Shown in pieces: positions 35,800-47,999 of a DNA stretch of 64,000 nt. The translations under genes and the position numbers were made by a program. The notes under the pieces are model-generated. The model was not told where the DNA came from and searched no databases. It was given only the letters and a program-made list of their open reading frames with translations. Location: positions 47,829,744 to 47,893,743 of the forward strand of contig NC_081362.1 of assembly GCF_030684315.1 (NCBI RefSeq), read 5' to 3'. Numbering within the stretch: position 1 is the stretch's first letter; each line of letters begins with the position of its first letter. This DNA is from Stegostoma tigrinum (taxonomy: Eukaryota).

Positions 35800-38185
35800 T
35801 GGTGGACAAATCCCCAGGACCCGATCGGGTGTACCCTAGAATTCTATGGGGAGTGAGGAAAGAGATTGCTGGGCTCCTTCCTGAGATATCTGTATCATCG
35901 ATATCCACAGGTGAGGTGCCGAAGACTGGAGGTTGGCTAACGTGGTGACACTATTTAAGAAAGGTGGTAAGGTAAAGCCAGGGAACTATAGATTGGCGAG
36001 CCTGACATGGGTCGTGGGCAAGCTGTTGGACAGAATACTGAGGGGCAGGATTTACATGTATCTGAAAACAAGGACTGATTAGGGACAGATAACACGGCTT
36101 TGTGGCAAATTGTGTCTCACTAACTTGATTGAGTTTTTTGAAGCAGTAATGATAAGGATTGATGAGAGCAGAGCAGTGGATGTGATCTAAATGGACTTCA
36201 GTAAGGCATTCAACAAGGTTCCTCACAGTGGACTGGTTAGCAAGGTTGGATCACACGGAATACAGGAAGAACTAGCTATGTGCATACAGAACTAGCTCAA
36301 AGACAGAAGACACGTGGTAGTAGTGGAGGGTTGCTTTTCAGATTGGACGCCTGTGACCAGCGGTATGCCACAACGATCAGTGCTGGATCCACTGATTTCT
36401 GTCATTTATATAAATGATTTGGATATGAACATAGAAGGTATAGTTAGTAAGTTTGCAGAACACACTAAAATTGGAGGTGTAGTGGATAGCAAAGAAAGTT
36501 ACGTCAGAATGACCAGTGGGCTGCGGAGTGGCAGATGGAGTTTAATTTAGATAAACGTGAGGTGCTGCATTTTGGAAGGGCAAATCAGGGCAAGACTTGT
36601 ACATTTAATGGTAATATCCTGGGGAGTGCTGCTGAACAAAAAGACCTTGAAGTGCATGTTCATAGTTCCTTCAAAGTGGAGCCGTGGGTAGACGGGATTG
36701 TGAAGACGGCATTGGGTATGCTTGCCTTTATTCATCAGTGCACTGAGTATGGCAGTTGGGTTGGTCATGCTGCGGCTGGACAGTACATTGATTTGGCCAC
36801 CTTTGAAGTATTGCATGCAATTCTGATCTCCCTCGTAAAGGAATGATGTTGTGAAACTAGAAAGGGTTCAGAAAAGATTTATAGAATCAGAGAGTCATAC
36901 AGCACAGAAACAGACCCTTCGGACCAACCAATCTATGCCGAACATGATCCCAAACTTAAATAGTCCCACCTGCCTGCGTCTGGCCCATATCCCTCCAAAC
37001 CTTTCCTATTCAAGTATCCATCCAAATATATTTTAAACATTGTAGTTTTACCTGCACCGACCACATCATCAGGAAGTTCATTCAACATGTGAACCACGCT
37101 CTATGTAAAAAATTTGCCTCATGTCTTTTTTAAAATCTCTGTCCTCTCAACTTAAAAATGTGTCCCTTAGTCTTAAAATCTCTCATGTTAGGGAGAAGAC
37201 AACTGCCATCAACTCTGTCTATATCTCTCATTATTTTTTAAATTTCTAAGAGGTCACCTCTCAACCTCCTATGCTCCACTGAAAAAAGCCCCAGCCTATC
37301 CATCCTTTCTAATATAACTCAAACCTTCCATACCCAACAACATCCTGGTAAATCTCTTCTGTACCTTCTGCAGCTTGACAATATCTTAATCTTGGAGACC
37401 AGAACTGGACACAGTATTCCAGAAGAGGCCTCAGTAATGTCTTGTACAACTTCAACATAACATCCCAACTCCTACACTCAAAAGACTGAGCAATGAAGGC
37501 AAGCATGCCAAATGCCTTTTTAACCACCCTAACTATATGTGACACAAACTTTAAAAAAATTATGTACGTATAACTCTAGGGCCCTCTACAACACTGCCCA
37601 GGGCCCTTCCATTAATTGTATAAGCCCTTCCCTTGTTTGTTACACCAAAATGCAGTCCCTCGCATTTATCCAGGTTGAACTCCAATTGCCATTTTTTCAG
37701 CCCATTTGATCAAGATCCCTTTGTAATTTTGGTGTCAAGCACAAACTTACTAACCATGTCTTCAATAATCTAATCCAAATCATTTGTATAAATGACAAAC
37801 AAAACAGGATTCAGAACCGATCCCCCTGGAACACCACTGGTCACAGGCCTCCAGTCAGAAAAGCAACCCTCTATCATCACTCTCTGTCTCTTGCCGTTAT
37901 CTCAATTATGTATCCAATTAGCAAGCTCACCCTTAATCCCACGAGATCTAACTTTACAAATTGTATACCATTTATGAGGACGTTGCTAGGGTTGGAAGTT
38001 GTGAGCTATAGGGAGAGACTGAACAGGTTGGGCCTACTTTCCCCAGAGAGGAGACTGAGGGGTGAACTTACAGATATGGGCCAAATTCTCGCAAATGGGA
38101 CTAGATTACTTAAGGATATCTGCTCGGCATGGACAAGTTGGACTGACGGATCTGTTTCCATACTGTACATCTCTATGACTCTACA
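35800..38185 (+). mobile_element. HER1/CR1 LINE (host copy, split by an antisense copy)
   Basis: Encodes VDKSPGPDRVYPRIL...FSDWTPVTSGMPQRSVLDP...KLERVQKRF and resumes after 37970 with MRTLLGLEVVSYRERLNRLGL. Confidence 0.9.
36883..37969 (-). mobile_element. HER1/CR1 LINE 3' part nested antisense in another HER1
   Basis: Encodes [45 protein letters not shown]. Flanked by atttat (36877-36882, 37970-37975). Confidence 0.9.
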
Positions 38186-40194
38186 AATGTTTCATAGGCA
38201 TAACTGGTAGATTTGCAACTGCGCAAAGATGAAGCAATATGTTGTCTGACTAAGTCAACAAGTGTCATCACACAGACAGAGCATTTTGACTGAATGTGCT
38301 GTGACACTAACAACGAAAATACTTTCCATTTGATTTTAGGCCTCTGAATTTTAATTGTTTACCAGTTGACTTTCTGTAGCACTGCTTACGTTAAAAGGCA
38401 AGCTCCAGGCATAAGTGGAAGCAGATGGTGAGTGAAGAAAACACAGTTGGGTTGTTGTAAAGGGCAGAAATGAAATGTCAACACTGACTGGGAATGGTTA
38501 GCCTATAGGGGTCAAGTGGTAGCAGGATTTCAGAGGCTGGACATTATTGGGTCCTTAAGGAATGACCATGGATGAACAGTTATGTAGCTAGGAGGAAGGA
38601 CAGATGGTACAGCGATCATGGTCAAGGAAGGAATGCTCAATGTTGAGGAAACAGGCAATTTGCTTTTGGAGTCCATCAAAGAATCCCTGCTCTTCCTGGC
38701 CTACATGGAAGTCAAAAGAAAAGAAAGTTAACTATCTTGGTCCCTTTTGCCTCTGGAAATGCTTGCCAGCAATAAGGCCTGACGTTAAAGTGAGAGATCA
38801 AACTCAAATTGTATCACTGGAACATAAGATGCATATTTAAAGGAGGACCCTTGATTCCTTCTAGTAGATGTCATGCTGTATTTATCAGAAAAAGAGCAAA
38901 ATTCATAACAGTGGACAGACAAAGGGATCACAGCAAGTAAGATGCTGTAGTCATTTTAGTAATTTGGTGACTGCACTGCAACCAGCAAACATCATAAAAC
39001 AGCAGACCATGGAAAGTCCTTTATTATCCTAGCTCACCACTCCAACACAGCAGTCAAATATTCCCACGGAGTTGATCAATCCTACTATCTTCCTTTGTAT
39101 TAATTTGTGATTGTTGCATTAAAAGCAGATTCAGTGTAGCCTACCACTATTCTCCTGCATCAAACTGGTCTGGCTCTCAGTCCATGTTTATTGAAGTGGT
39201 ACATACATGCTGAAGAACAATTATGCACAACAGATGAAGTACATGCAATTCAATTAGGTGAGAGAAAATGAGAAAATGTACAAGCAAAGAAAAATGAATT
39301 GGGATATAAACAGCAATTTTTTTCTTTCTTGCGTCCAGCAGACAGATTATGGATCAGTTCTGCAGGTTAAAACATTAATACAGCTCCAACATTTTGGACA
39401 AACCCGAACAAAGGCATTAGTGCTTCTGCAATGACTTGTCAAAGATGGGTCTCATTTAGCTTGTTGCAATACCAAAGTAAAATTTGCTAAATAACTCCAC
39501 GGCTAAAGACTAATTTTCACTACAGCCAATGGTTAGAGACTAGTTCTATTGAGATACATAGCTAGGAATTTTAATGAATCTGGGATTAGGGACTGTCATT
39601 AGCTATGTGAGACCTATGCGTGAGGAGCCAGAGGCCTCACTGCAAAATATTATCTGAAACCTCCGTAGTTAATATTTTACACCATGTGATATGCAAGCAT
39701 CTTGTTACTTCAATAGCATGAATACTGGCAGGTTTTCAAAGGAGAATGCAGAAAGTATGCATACCTTATAATTATAGCACGCTTTCAACTACTTAACATA
39801 TAATCTTGATAATGAGTGTGTCTGCAAATTACATAAATCTGATAGGTGCGACTGCCCAGCCAAATCCTATGTCCACTCAGATGTACCAGGATAAATTATC
39901 AATTGTCAATTGGGAGCCGAATCCCTACTCATTATTTCCCTTCCCTACTTAGAGGGCACTGAAGACAATTTCCATATCGTACTACAACAATCATTAAAAT
40001 TTACAAATTAGTGACATTGCAGACAGGAAACTTTTCCTATGCAAGCTGAGAAACTTTTGAATCCGCTCATGTGTATCTTTTTCTTCTTGTTCTTCATTAT
40101 AACTACTAGATGTATCACCATTTTTGTCAAACTGCTCTACCAAGAGGTACAGAAATGGTCTAGTTAGATCAGATGCCTTAAATTAAAAACCATC

Positions 40195-40960
40195 TCAACA
40201 TAGAAAACTGCAGCAGAGACATGCTGCTCTTTGCCCATTGGGTTTGTGCCAATTCTTTTAAAGAGTGATCTATCCGATCTTACATCCTGCTTCTTTCCTT
40301 TTATCTCTACATTTTTTCCACCTTGGAGTTTTCATCTAATTGTCTCTTTGAAGGAAATGATTTGAATCTGTTTCTATCAAGCAGCACAATCCAAACCCTA
40401 TGCACTCACTGTGTAAAGATGGTTTTCCTCATGTTACGGTTGGATTTTTTGCCAATTAACTTAAATCTGCATCCTCAGGTTGCAAAATAGTTTTTCCACG
40501 TTTACTCAGTTTAAATGCATCATAAACTTCTTTTCACTCTTCAGTTTCAGGAGGAATAACTATGTTCTTCAACCTATCCACGTAACTAATTGTCATCCAG
40601 GACCATTCATCAAAACAAGACTGAGAAATTGGTCTGGAGCTGACTAGTCCGGGCAAAACCAACTCAGAATAGTGGGGGAAGGTTATTGTCTTTTCATGGC
40701 ACTGCCAACAAACCTGTCTGTTACTTTGCTGATGAATGAGAATAGACTAATGGGATAGTAATCAGCTAGTCTGGATTTGTCCTTTCTTTTGTGCATTGAA
40801 AATATCTAAGAAATGTTCTACATCTTTAGGTGGATGGCAGTATCATGACTGCATTGGATAAGCCTGGTGAAGTAGGCAGCCAGCTCTGGAGTGTATCTTC
40901 AGTACAATAGCTGGAATGGGTGCCAGGATTCATACCATTTTCAATATCCAGTATCTTAAT
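40195..40960 (-). mobile_element. Old CR1-type fragments
   Basis: A catagaa-type tail at ~40200 and segments similar to 33250-33650. Confidence 0.5.
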
Positions 40961-41367
40961 TCAAGTAAGTAAATTGTGAAAAGCACTATCAATGCAGAAT
41001 ATTAATGAAATGGTAGCAAAAAGTAATATTTTATTTTTCCTTTTAGAGGTCTGTTTAAAGTCATGAATGAAGAATTCATGAAACATTCCACTGCTGCAGT
41101 CAAATAAAATAGCTTTTCACTTGAGGCCAAACCTTACAGCCTCAATGAAGGGCACCGCTTTCAAGAATCACAGAAAGCAAGTTACCGACTTACAGCAACC
41201 ATGGCACACAAAGTTTATTGTTGACCACTACTGTTCTACGACATTGTTTGGATAGAGTAATATTGTAGAAATTAAGAGAATCAAATCTGAATTCAGAAAA
41301 AAAATCTCTCATTTGGTTTGGTTGGAATTTAAGTGCATCATGTTAGAACAAGTTCACATAATCAGTG

Positions 41368-43546
41368 ATAATAAAATGTGAGGCTGGATGAACACAGCAG
41401 GCCAAGCAGCATCTCAGGAGCACAAAAGCTGACGTTTCGGGCCTAGACCCTTCATCAGAGAGGGGGATGGGGTGTGGGTTCTGGAATAAATAGGGAGAGA
41501 AGGGGAGGCGGACCGAAGATGGAGAGAAAAGAAGATAGGTGGAGAGAGTATAGGTGGGGAGGTAGGGAGGGGATAGGTCAGTCCAGGGAAGACGGACAGG
41601 TCAAGGAGGTGGGATGAGGTTAGTAGGTAGGAGATGGGGGTGCGGCTTGGGGAGGGAGGAAGGGATGGGTGAGAGGAAGAACAGGTTAGGGAGGCAGAGA
41701 CAGGTTGGACTGGTTTTGGGATGCAGTGGGTAGAGGGGAAGAGCTGGGCTGGTTGTGTGGTGCAGTGGGGGGAGGGGACGAACTGGGCTGGTTTAGGGAT
41801 GCGGTGGGGGAAGGGGAGATTTTGAAACTGGTGAAGTCCACATTGATACCATTAGGCTGCAGGGTTCCCAAGCGGAATATGAGTTGCTGTTTCTGCAACC
41901 TTCAGGTGGCATCATTGTGGCACTGCAGGAGGCCCATGATGGACATGTCATCTAAAGAATGGGAGGGGTTGTGGAAATGGTTTGCGACTGGGAGGTGCAG
42001 TTGTTTGTTGCGAACCGAGCGGAGGTGTTCTGCAAAGCGGTCCCCAAGCCTCCGCTTGGTTTCCCCAATGTAGAGGAAGCCACACCGGGTATAGTGGATG
42101 CAGTATACCACATTGGCAGATGTGCAGGTGAACCTCTGCTTAATGTGGAATGTCATCTTGGGGCCTGGGATAGGGGTGAGGAAGGAGGTGTGGGGGCAAG
42201 TGTAGCATTTCCTACGGTTGCAGGGGAAGGTGCCGGGTGTGGTGGGGTTGGAGGGCAGTGTGGAGTGAACAAGGGAGTCACGGAGAGAGTGGTCTCTCCG
42301 GAAAGCAGACAGGGGTGGGGATGGAAAAATGTCTTGGGTGGTGGGGTCGGATTGTAGACGGCAGAAGTGTCGGAGGATGATGCATTGTATCCGGAGGTTG
42401 GTGGGGTGGTGTGTGAGAACGAGGGGGGATCCTCTTTGGGCGGTTGTGGCGGGGGCGGGGTGTGAGGCATGTGTTGCGGGAAATACGGGAGACGCGGTCA
42501 AGGGCGTTCTCGATCACTGTGGGGGGAAAGTTGCGGTCCTTGATGAACTTGGACATCTGGGATGTGCAGGAGTGGAATGTCTTATCGTGGGAGCAGATGC
42601 GGCGGAGGCGGAGGAATTGGGAATAGGGGATGGAATTTTTGCAGGAGGGTGGGTGGGAGGAGGTGTATTCTAGGTAGCTGTGTGAGTCAGTGGGCTTGAA
42701 ATGGACATCAGTGACAAGCTGGTTGCCTGAGATGGAGACTGAGAGATCCAGGAAGGTGAGGGATGTGCTGGGGATGGCCCAGGTGAACTGAAGGTTGGGG
42801 TGGAAGGTGTTGGTGAAGTGGATGAACTGTTCGAGCTCCTCTGGGGAGCAAGAGGCGGCGCCAATACAGTCATCAATGTACCGGAGGAAGAGGTGGGGTT
42901 TGGGGCCTGTGTAGGTGCGGAAGAGGGACTGTTCCACGTAACCTACAAAGAGGCAGGCATAGCTGGGGCTCATGCGGGTGCCCATGGCCACCCCCTTAGT
43001 CTGTAGGAAGTGGGAGGAGTCAAAAGAGAAGTTGTTGAACGTGAGGACGAGTTCGGCTAGGCGGATGAGGGTGTCGGTGGAGGGGGACTGGTCAGGCCTG
43101 CAGGACAGGAAGAAGCGGAGGGCCTTGAGGCCATCTGCATGCGGAATGCAGGTGCATCCCAAAACCAGTCCAATCTGTCTCTGCCTCCCTAACCTGTTCT
43201 TCCTCTCACCCATCCCTTCCTCCCACCCCAAGACGCACCCCCATCTCCTACCTACTAACCTCATCCCACCTCCTTGAACTCTCTGTCTTCCCTGGACTGA
43301 CCTATCCCCTCCCTACCTCCCCACCTATACTCTCTCCACCTATCTTCTTTTCTCTCCATCTTCGGTCCACCTCCCCCTCTCTCCCTATTTATCCCAGAAC
43401 CCTCACCCCATCCCCCTCTCTGATGAAGGGTCTAGGCCCGAAACGTCAGCTTTTGTGCTCCTGAGATGCTGCTTGGCCTGCTGTGTTCATCCAGCCTCAC
43501 ATTTTATTATCTTGGATTCTCCAGCATCTGCAGTTCCCATTATCTC
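41368..43546 (-). mobile_element. Young Neptune-type Penelope-like element: 5'-truncated RT + GIY-YIG + pLTR, with inverted pLTR+tail
   Basis: RT motifs QTKGVAMGTRMSPSYACLF, FLRYIDD and TFLD. Cys linker PCNRRKCYTC. Endonuclease VVYCI...YIGETKRRLGDRFAEH. Inverted arms at 41367-41725 and 43153-43511. TSD ttcacataatcagtg at 41353-41367 and 43547-43561. The ORF is broken by a frameshift and a stop. Confidence 0.95.
41431..41458 (-). ncRNA. Minimal hammerhead ribozyme motif in Penelope pLTR (sense to SPTBN1)
   Basis: CUGAUGA-A-GGGucuaggCCC-GAAAC-GUC. Identical + strand copies lie at 31185-31212 and 43420-43447. Hammerhead motifs in PLE pLTRs are established; activity here is not shown. Confidence 0.65.
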
Positions 43547-43659
43547 TTCACATAATCAGTGTTTTTTTTCTACTATATTAATAAAAGTTGTGATACCATC
43601 TGGAAGTTCTAGGAGCATCGTGTTGCTATGAAAAGAAATCTCCATAGAAAATAGGTTTG

Positions 43660-44940
43660 ACAACAACAATATATTATACTAAAAACATTAAATGAATTAA
43701 CAACTATCCAAAGTACTTCACAGGAAAGCATTATTAAACAAAATTATGAAATTGAGCTGCATTAGAGTACAAGTCAAATGACCACATGCTTGGTTAAAAC
43801 GGTAGGTTTTAATAAGAGTCTTAAAAGTGGAAGCAAGATGTACAGGCAGAAGGATTGGGGAGAGAATTTGTCAGCTTAGGGCCTAAGGAACAGAAGTCAA
43901 GACCAAAATAGAAAAGTGATTAATGGTGGGATGGCATTGAATAGGTCAGAATTTGATGAACGCAGGTATCTCGGAAGGTTGTGGAATTGTAAAGTTTAAA
44001 GACATACTATGGCCTAAAGTAATGGAGGGATTGAAAGCGTGGACGAGAACCAAAAATCAAGGCACTGCTTGATTAGGAAGCGGTGTAGGAGCTAATAAAA
44101 GTACAGAAGTGAAAGGAGAACTGAATTTCGTGCAGTGTAAGACAGAGTTAGCAGAGTTTTGGATGATCTTGGGTTAACAGCAGTTAGAATGTGGAGACCT
44201 GACAGCAGTGTGTTGGAATTTTCAAATCTAAAAGATAATAAAGGAATGAATGAAGATTTCAGCAGATGAGCCAAGACTGGTACAAATACATGATGAGTTG
44301 GTCATCTCAGGGTCAAACATGAACCATAGATTCTGACAGAATTATTTAATCTATTTTAATCTTTTATTTATTGTTATGGGTAATTGATGGAGTACACAGT
44401 TAGGGAACAGAGTTTGGCATGGAGACCGAAACATTAGCTTCAGTTTTTCCAATTGTTAACTGGAGAAAATCTCTGCTCATTCAGCACTGGACACTGAATA
44501 AGCAATTCAATAATTTAGCAATGAAGGAGTCAAGAGAAGTGGTGTATCAGCAGCACACATGTGAAAATTAAACTTTTGTTTTTGATGACAATATTGCCAG
44601 GGCTGCATGTAAATGAGTGATAGGATAGAACCAAGTATAGATTTTTGAGCGACACAAGAGTGAACAGTGCAGAAGCAAGAAGAGGAACTATTGCAAAAGA
44701 TACTCTGGTTGTGTGTTAGATAGATAACAATAAAACCAGGGGACAGCAATTCCACCCAGGTGGATGACAGTAGAGACAATAGAGGATGATGGCCAACTGT
44801 GGTAAGAGCTGGAAACAGGCAAGGACAAGGATGCAATGTCTATCTTTGTCACTGTTACACAGGGTATAATTTGCGATATTGATGAATCTGTTTCAGTACT
44901 GTGGGAGGGATGGAGACTTGATTGGAAGGAATCAAACATG
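43660..44940 (-). mobile_element. Decayed L2-clade LINE
   Basis: Peptides FDSFQSSLHPSHSTETD and VAQKSILGSILSLIYMQP...FNFHMCAADT, plus an L2-like 3' end. Confidence 0.75.
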
Positions 44941-45564
44941 GAGCTTAGGATAGACAGGAATGCCCTTATAGAAATCTAAAGTATTCCACAGACACATGAG
45001 TGTTGATGATGCAAAATGATGCACATACTGGTTTATACATATACAACCATGCCAAATAATAACTATTTTTAGTAAACATTCTAATATCTTTGAGCAAAAA
45101 CGTAGTCGTGGCATAAAATCTTGAAAATGTTGACGCAATATCAACTTATGTAAAATAAACATGTCATTTCACATTTTCAACAATAACAGTTGGAAATATC
45201 ATCAGTTTGGAACAGCATGGCCCACATCTCCCATGTGTTTTTATAACTTTGCAGAAGTTGTATTTTTTATTTGATTAGATTTGATAAAGCTGCTTATGTA
45301 CTTAAAGCTGCTTCCAGTAAGAACACATTTAATTGAATGGGATAAAGTGTTTCCTATATGGGGAAGGGCACTGAAATAATATTCTTTGGTCAGCACAATA
45401 GGAAGCAAATCTTGTGGACTTAGATAAAGCCAAGTGACCTAACAGCAAACAGGTTTGAAAAATTTGAGCAAGAACACTTTTGTCACTGATCAACAGTTGG
45501 AATGCCTTATCGCTTCCTCTTCATAAGAAAGAAAAATATTTGGAATGTAACACAATACTTGAGT

Positions 45565-45720
45565 ATTGCTGAAAAAAAGGATGTACTTTGTCAAAACTTT
45601 TCATCTTGCACTCATCAGGACAATTCATAAGAATACCATCCAAGGAGAAAACCAAAAGTGTGCACCCATTAATGCTGATTGGCAGTTAACTGCCAGACTT
45701 TATCTAAATCTTAAGTCACC
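45565..45720 (-). mobile_element. Penelope-like pLTR fragment (further family)
   Basis: Minus strand tgtcctgatgagtgcaagatgaaaagttttgacaaa resembles a hammerhead core. Confidence 0.5.
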
Positions 45721-46089
45721 TGGGTTGAAGCCGATTTGTATAGTTTAGTATATAGAAATGAGAGGATTGATTTATGATGGAGCTAATTTTCATGGGTCAG
45801 TGAAAGTCAGTTTCACTGAGATTCAGAAGGAGAACCAACCTAGCTAAAGTAACAGTGCACTAACAGTTTGAAAGTTTGTGGGCGTGCAACAGCTATTTAT
45901 TGCAGCAAAATGGCTGTGATTGAGATTTAGAGGAAGCCATATAAAGAGGAAGATTTGCATGACTGAGGGTATAAAAAGTCTTAGTACATTCAGAAATGTT
46001 AAAAAACACTCCACTCCAACCCACTATCAGCTAAGGTTGAAGAGAGAATAAAATGTTATCCAGAAAACAGAAAAAGAAAGAAAGCTTGG

Positions 46090-46470
46090 AGATAGCAAAA
46101 ACTGCAGATGCTGGAGTCAGAGTCTAACACAGTGTGGAGCTGAAGGAACACAGCAGATCAGACAACATCAACGGAGTAGGAAAGTTGACATTTTGGGTCA
46201 GGACCTTTCTTCAGAAATGGAAAGGGGGAAGGGAGCTGGGAAATAAATAGAGGGAGGAGGGGTGGGGCTGGATAAAGATAAGTGGAGTGGTGATAGGTGG
46301 ATGCAGGTAGAGGGTAGTAGAATTTTGGTTGGTGGGAAGGTTAGGGCAGATAGGCAAGGAAGATGATGGCCAGGTTGTGTCAGGTCAAGGAGGTGGGGAT
46401 AAGAGGGAGGTTTGGACATGGGATAAGGCTGGGGGAGTGGAGATTTTACAACTGGTGAATTCTATGTTCA
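46090..46470 (-). mobile_element. Older Penelope pLTR with tail
   Basis: Diverged homolog of 41368-41830, with tail aactgcagatgctggag. Confidence 0.8.
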
Positions 46471-46884
46471 GTGATGGCCTAAACACAATGGATATCCTAT
46501 ATCATTTTTGATATGGCTACATCAAGGAAGGGTCAGTGCAGTAATGTAAGTTTCCTATTTAAAGGATGTCATAGAATTAAAGAGTTAAACAAGATGAGTA
46601 AATACCATCAAAAGAAGCTGATGTAGTTGTGCTGTTGCAAATTTGAGAACAAAAAAAGCCAGAACCAAACTTGAAAGAATACGCTGCATGAAAAGAAATG
46701 ACTGTGAATTGGAATTGATAAACTCAAAAAATATTAATTCAATCCTTCAAAGGTCATTGTGTAATTTTACAAGTCGTATCTTGTTGTACTTACAGCACTG
46801 ATGTCTTTCAAACTGGAGCCTTATTTCCTAATTAACAAAGAATAGGCCATTATAAACTTAATATTCCTCCGGTGGGGGAAATTC

Positions 46885-46990
46885 CATTAGTTCTAAAGGT
46901 TACCAGACCCAAAACGTTAACTCTGATTTCTCTTCACAGATGCTGCCAGACCTGCTGACCTTTTCCAGCAACTTCTGTTTCTGTTTGTGT
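46885..46990 (+). mobile_element. Penelope pLTR end fragment
   Basis: gacccaaaacgttaactctgatttctcttcacagatgctgccagacctgctg. A similar piece lies at 53488-53592. Confidence 0.65.
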
Positions 46991-47999
46991 TTGAAATTCT
47001 ATCCTGGTTGGGCAGATGGGAATAGAGTTGCAAGTGTCTCCACACCTTCACTCAGTCAATGATAATATACAGTATACCTTTTACTTCTTAATACTTCTGA
47101 ATACACTTCAATCTTTTCGTCAGCTACCACTTTATGACAAGAAATCCACACTAACACAATTAATATAGGAGTTGCTCATGGATGCAATGGATAATTAAAG
47201 TACTACTGCAGAAGCCACACACTGAAACAACAAGAGAACACTTGTAAAGAATGATCGTCCGTTTCACTCCCCTGTATCCATGGGAATACTGGCAACTACC
47301 TAGGTACCCATTATTAACCTCTCTTGCACTCAGCAGAACTTGGCACAACTGAAGAATAATCTATTGACACAAAAGGAATTGAAGGATCTGTTCTCCCACT
47401 AATCTCAGGTAATCAAATTCTGTTCAATCGCAATGGAAAGGCTATGTGTGCATTTCCAAGTTCATGTTCCCTCACAATAGCAGCACAACTTTCACCATCT
47501 ACTTAATATAAGGAGTCCATGTGTACATTGCAGCATTTCGGCATTCTGAGAGAAGATCCATCTTAATCCCAGAAAGACAATGTTTAATTGCATTTACATT
47601 ATGAATGGCATATAATAGAATCAGGAACTGCAAAAATGCAAAACTATTCTGTATTGAGATTGTGTGAATTCTACAAAAGTGGTACAGTGTTTATTTAATA
47701 GACAGATACATACTTTTATAATTGCCAAATATAGGTGAAGGCAGAATTGCTTGTAAGTGCTTACTGGGTGGTACTGCAATGTTGAACATGTTGAATCACT
47801 AGCCTATCTGATGCAAGGACTACCTGGTGTTTGATTCTCCTTGAACTAGGAAGAGGCTGAGGTTCAAATTTAGGATGTAGTGTCAGCTGTGTGGAGTATG
47901 TAATTTATTTTGACCAGTGAATATTTTCAGTTTGATTTTGAAGAAAGGCTACGGTTTCTAAACAGAATCAGGAGCATCAATTTACAAGGAAAGCACTAG

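Noticed and set aside
42278-43264. 328-aa ORF as an intact gene
   Set aside because: Chimeric: the N-terminus is read from the inverted pLTR, the middle is truncated Penelope RT, and the C-terminus is frameshifted.
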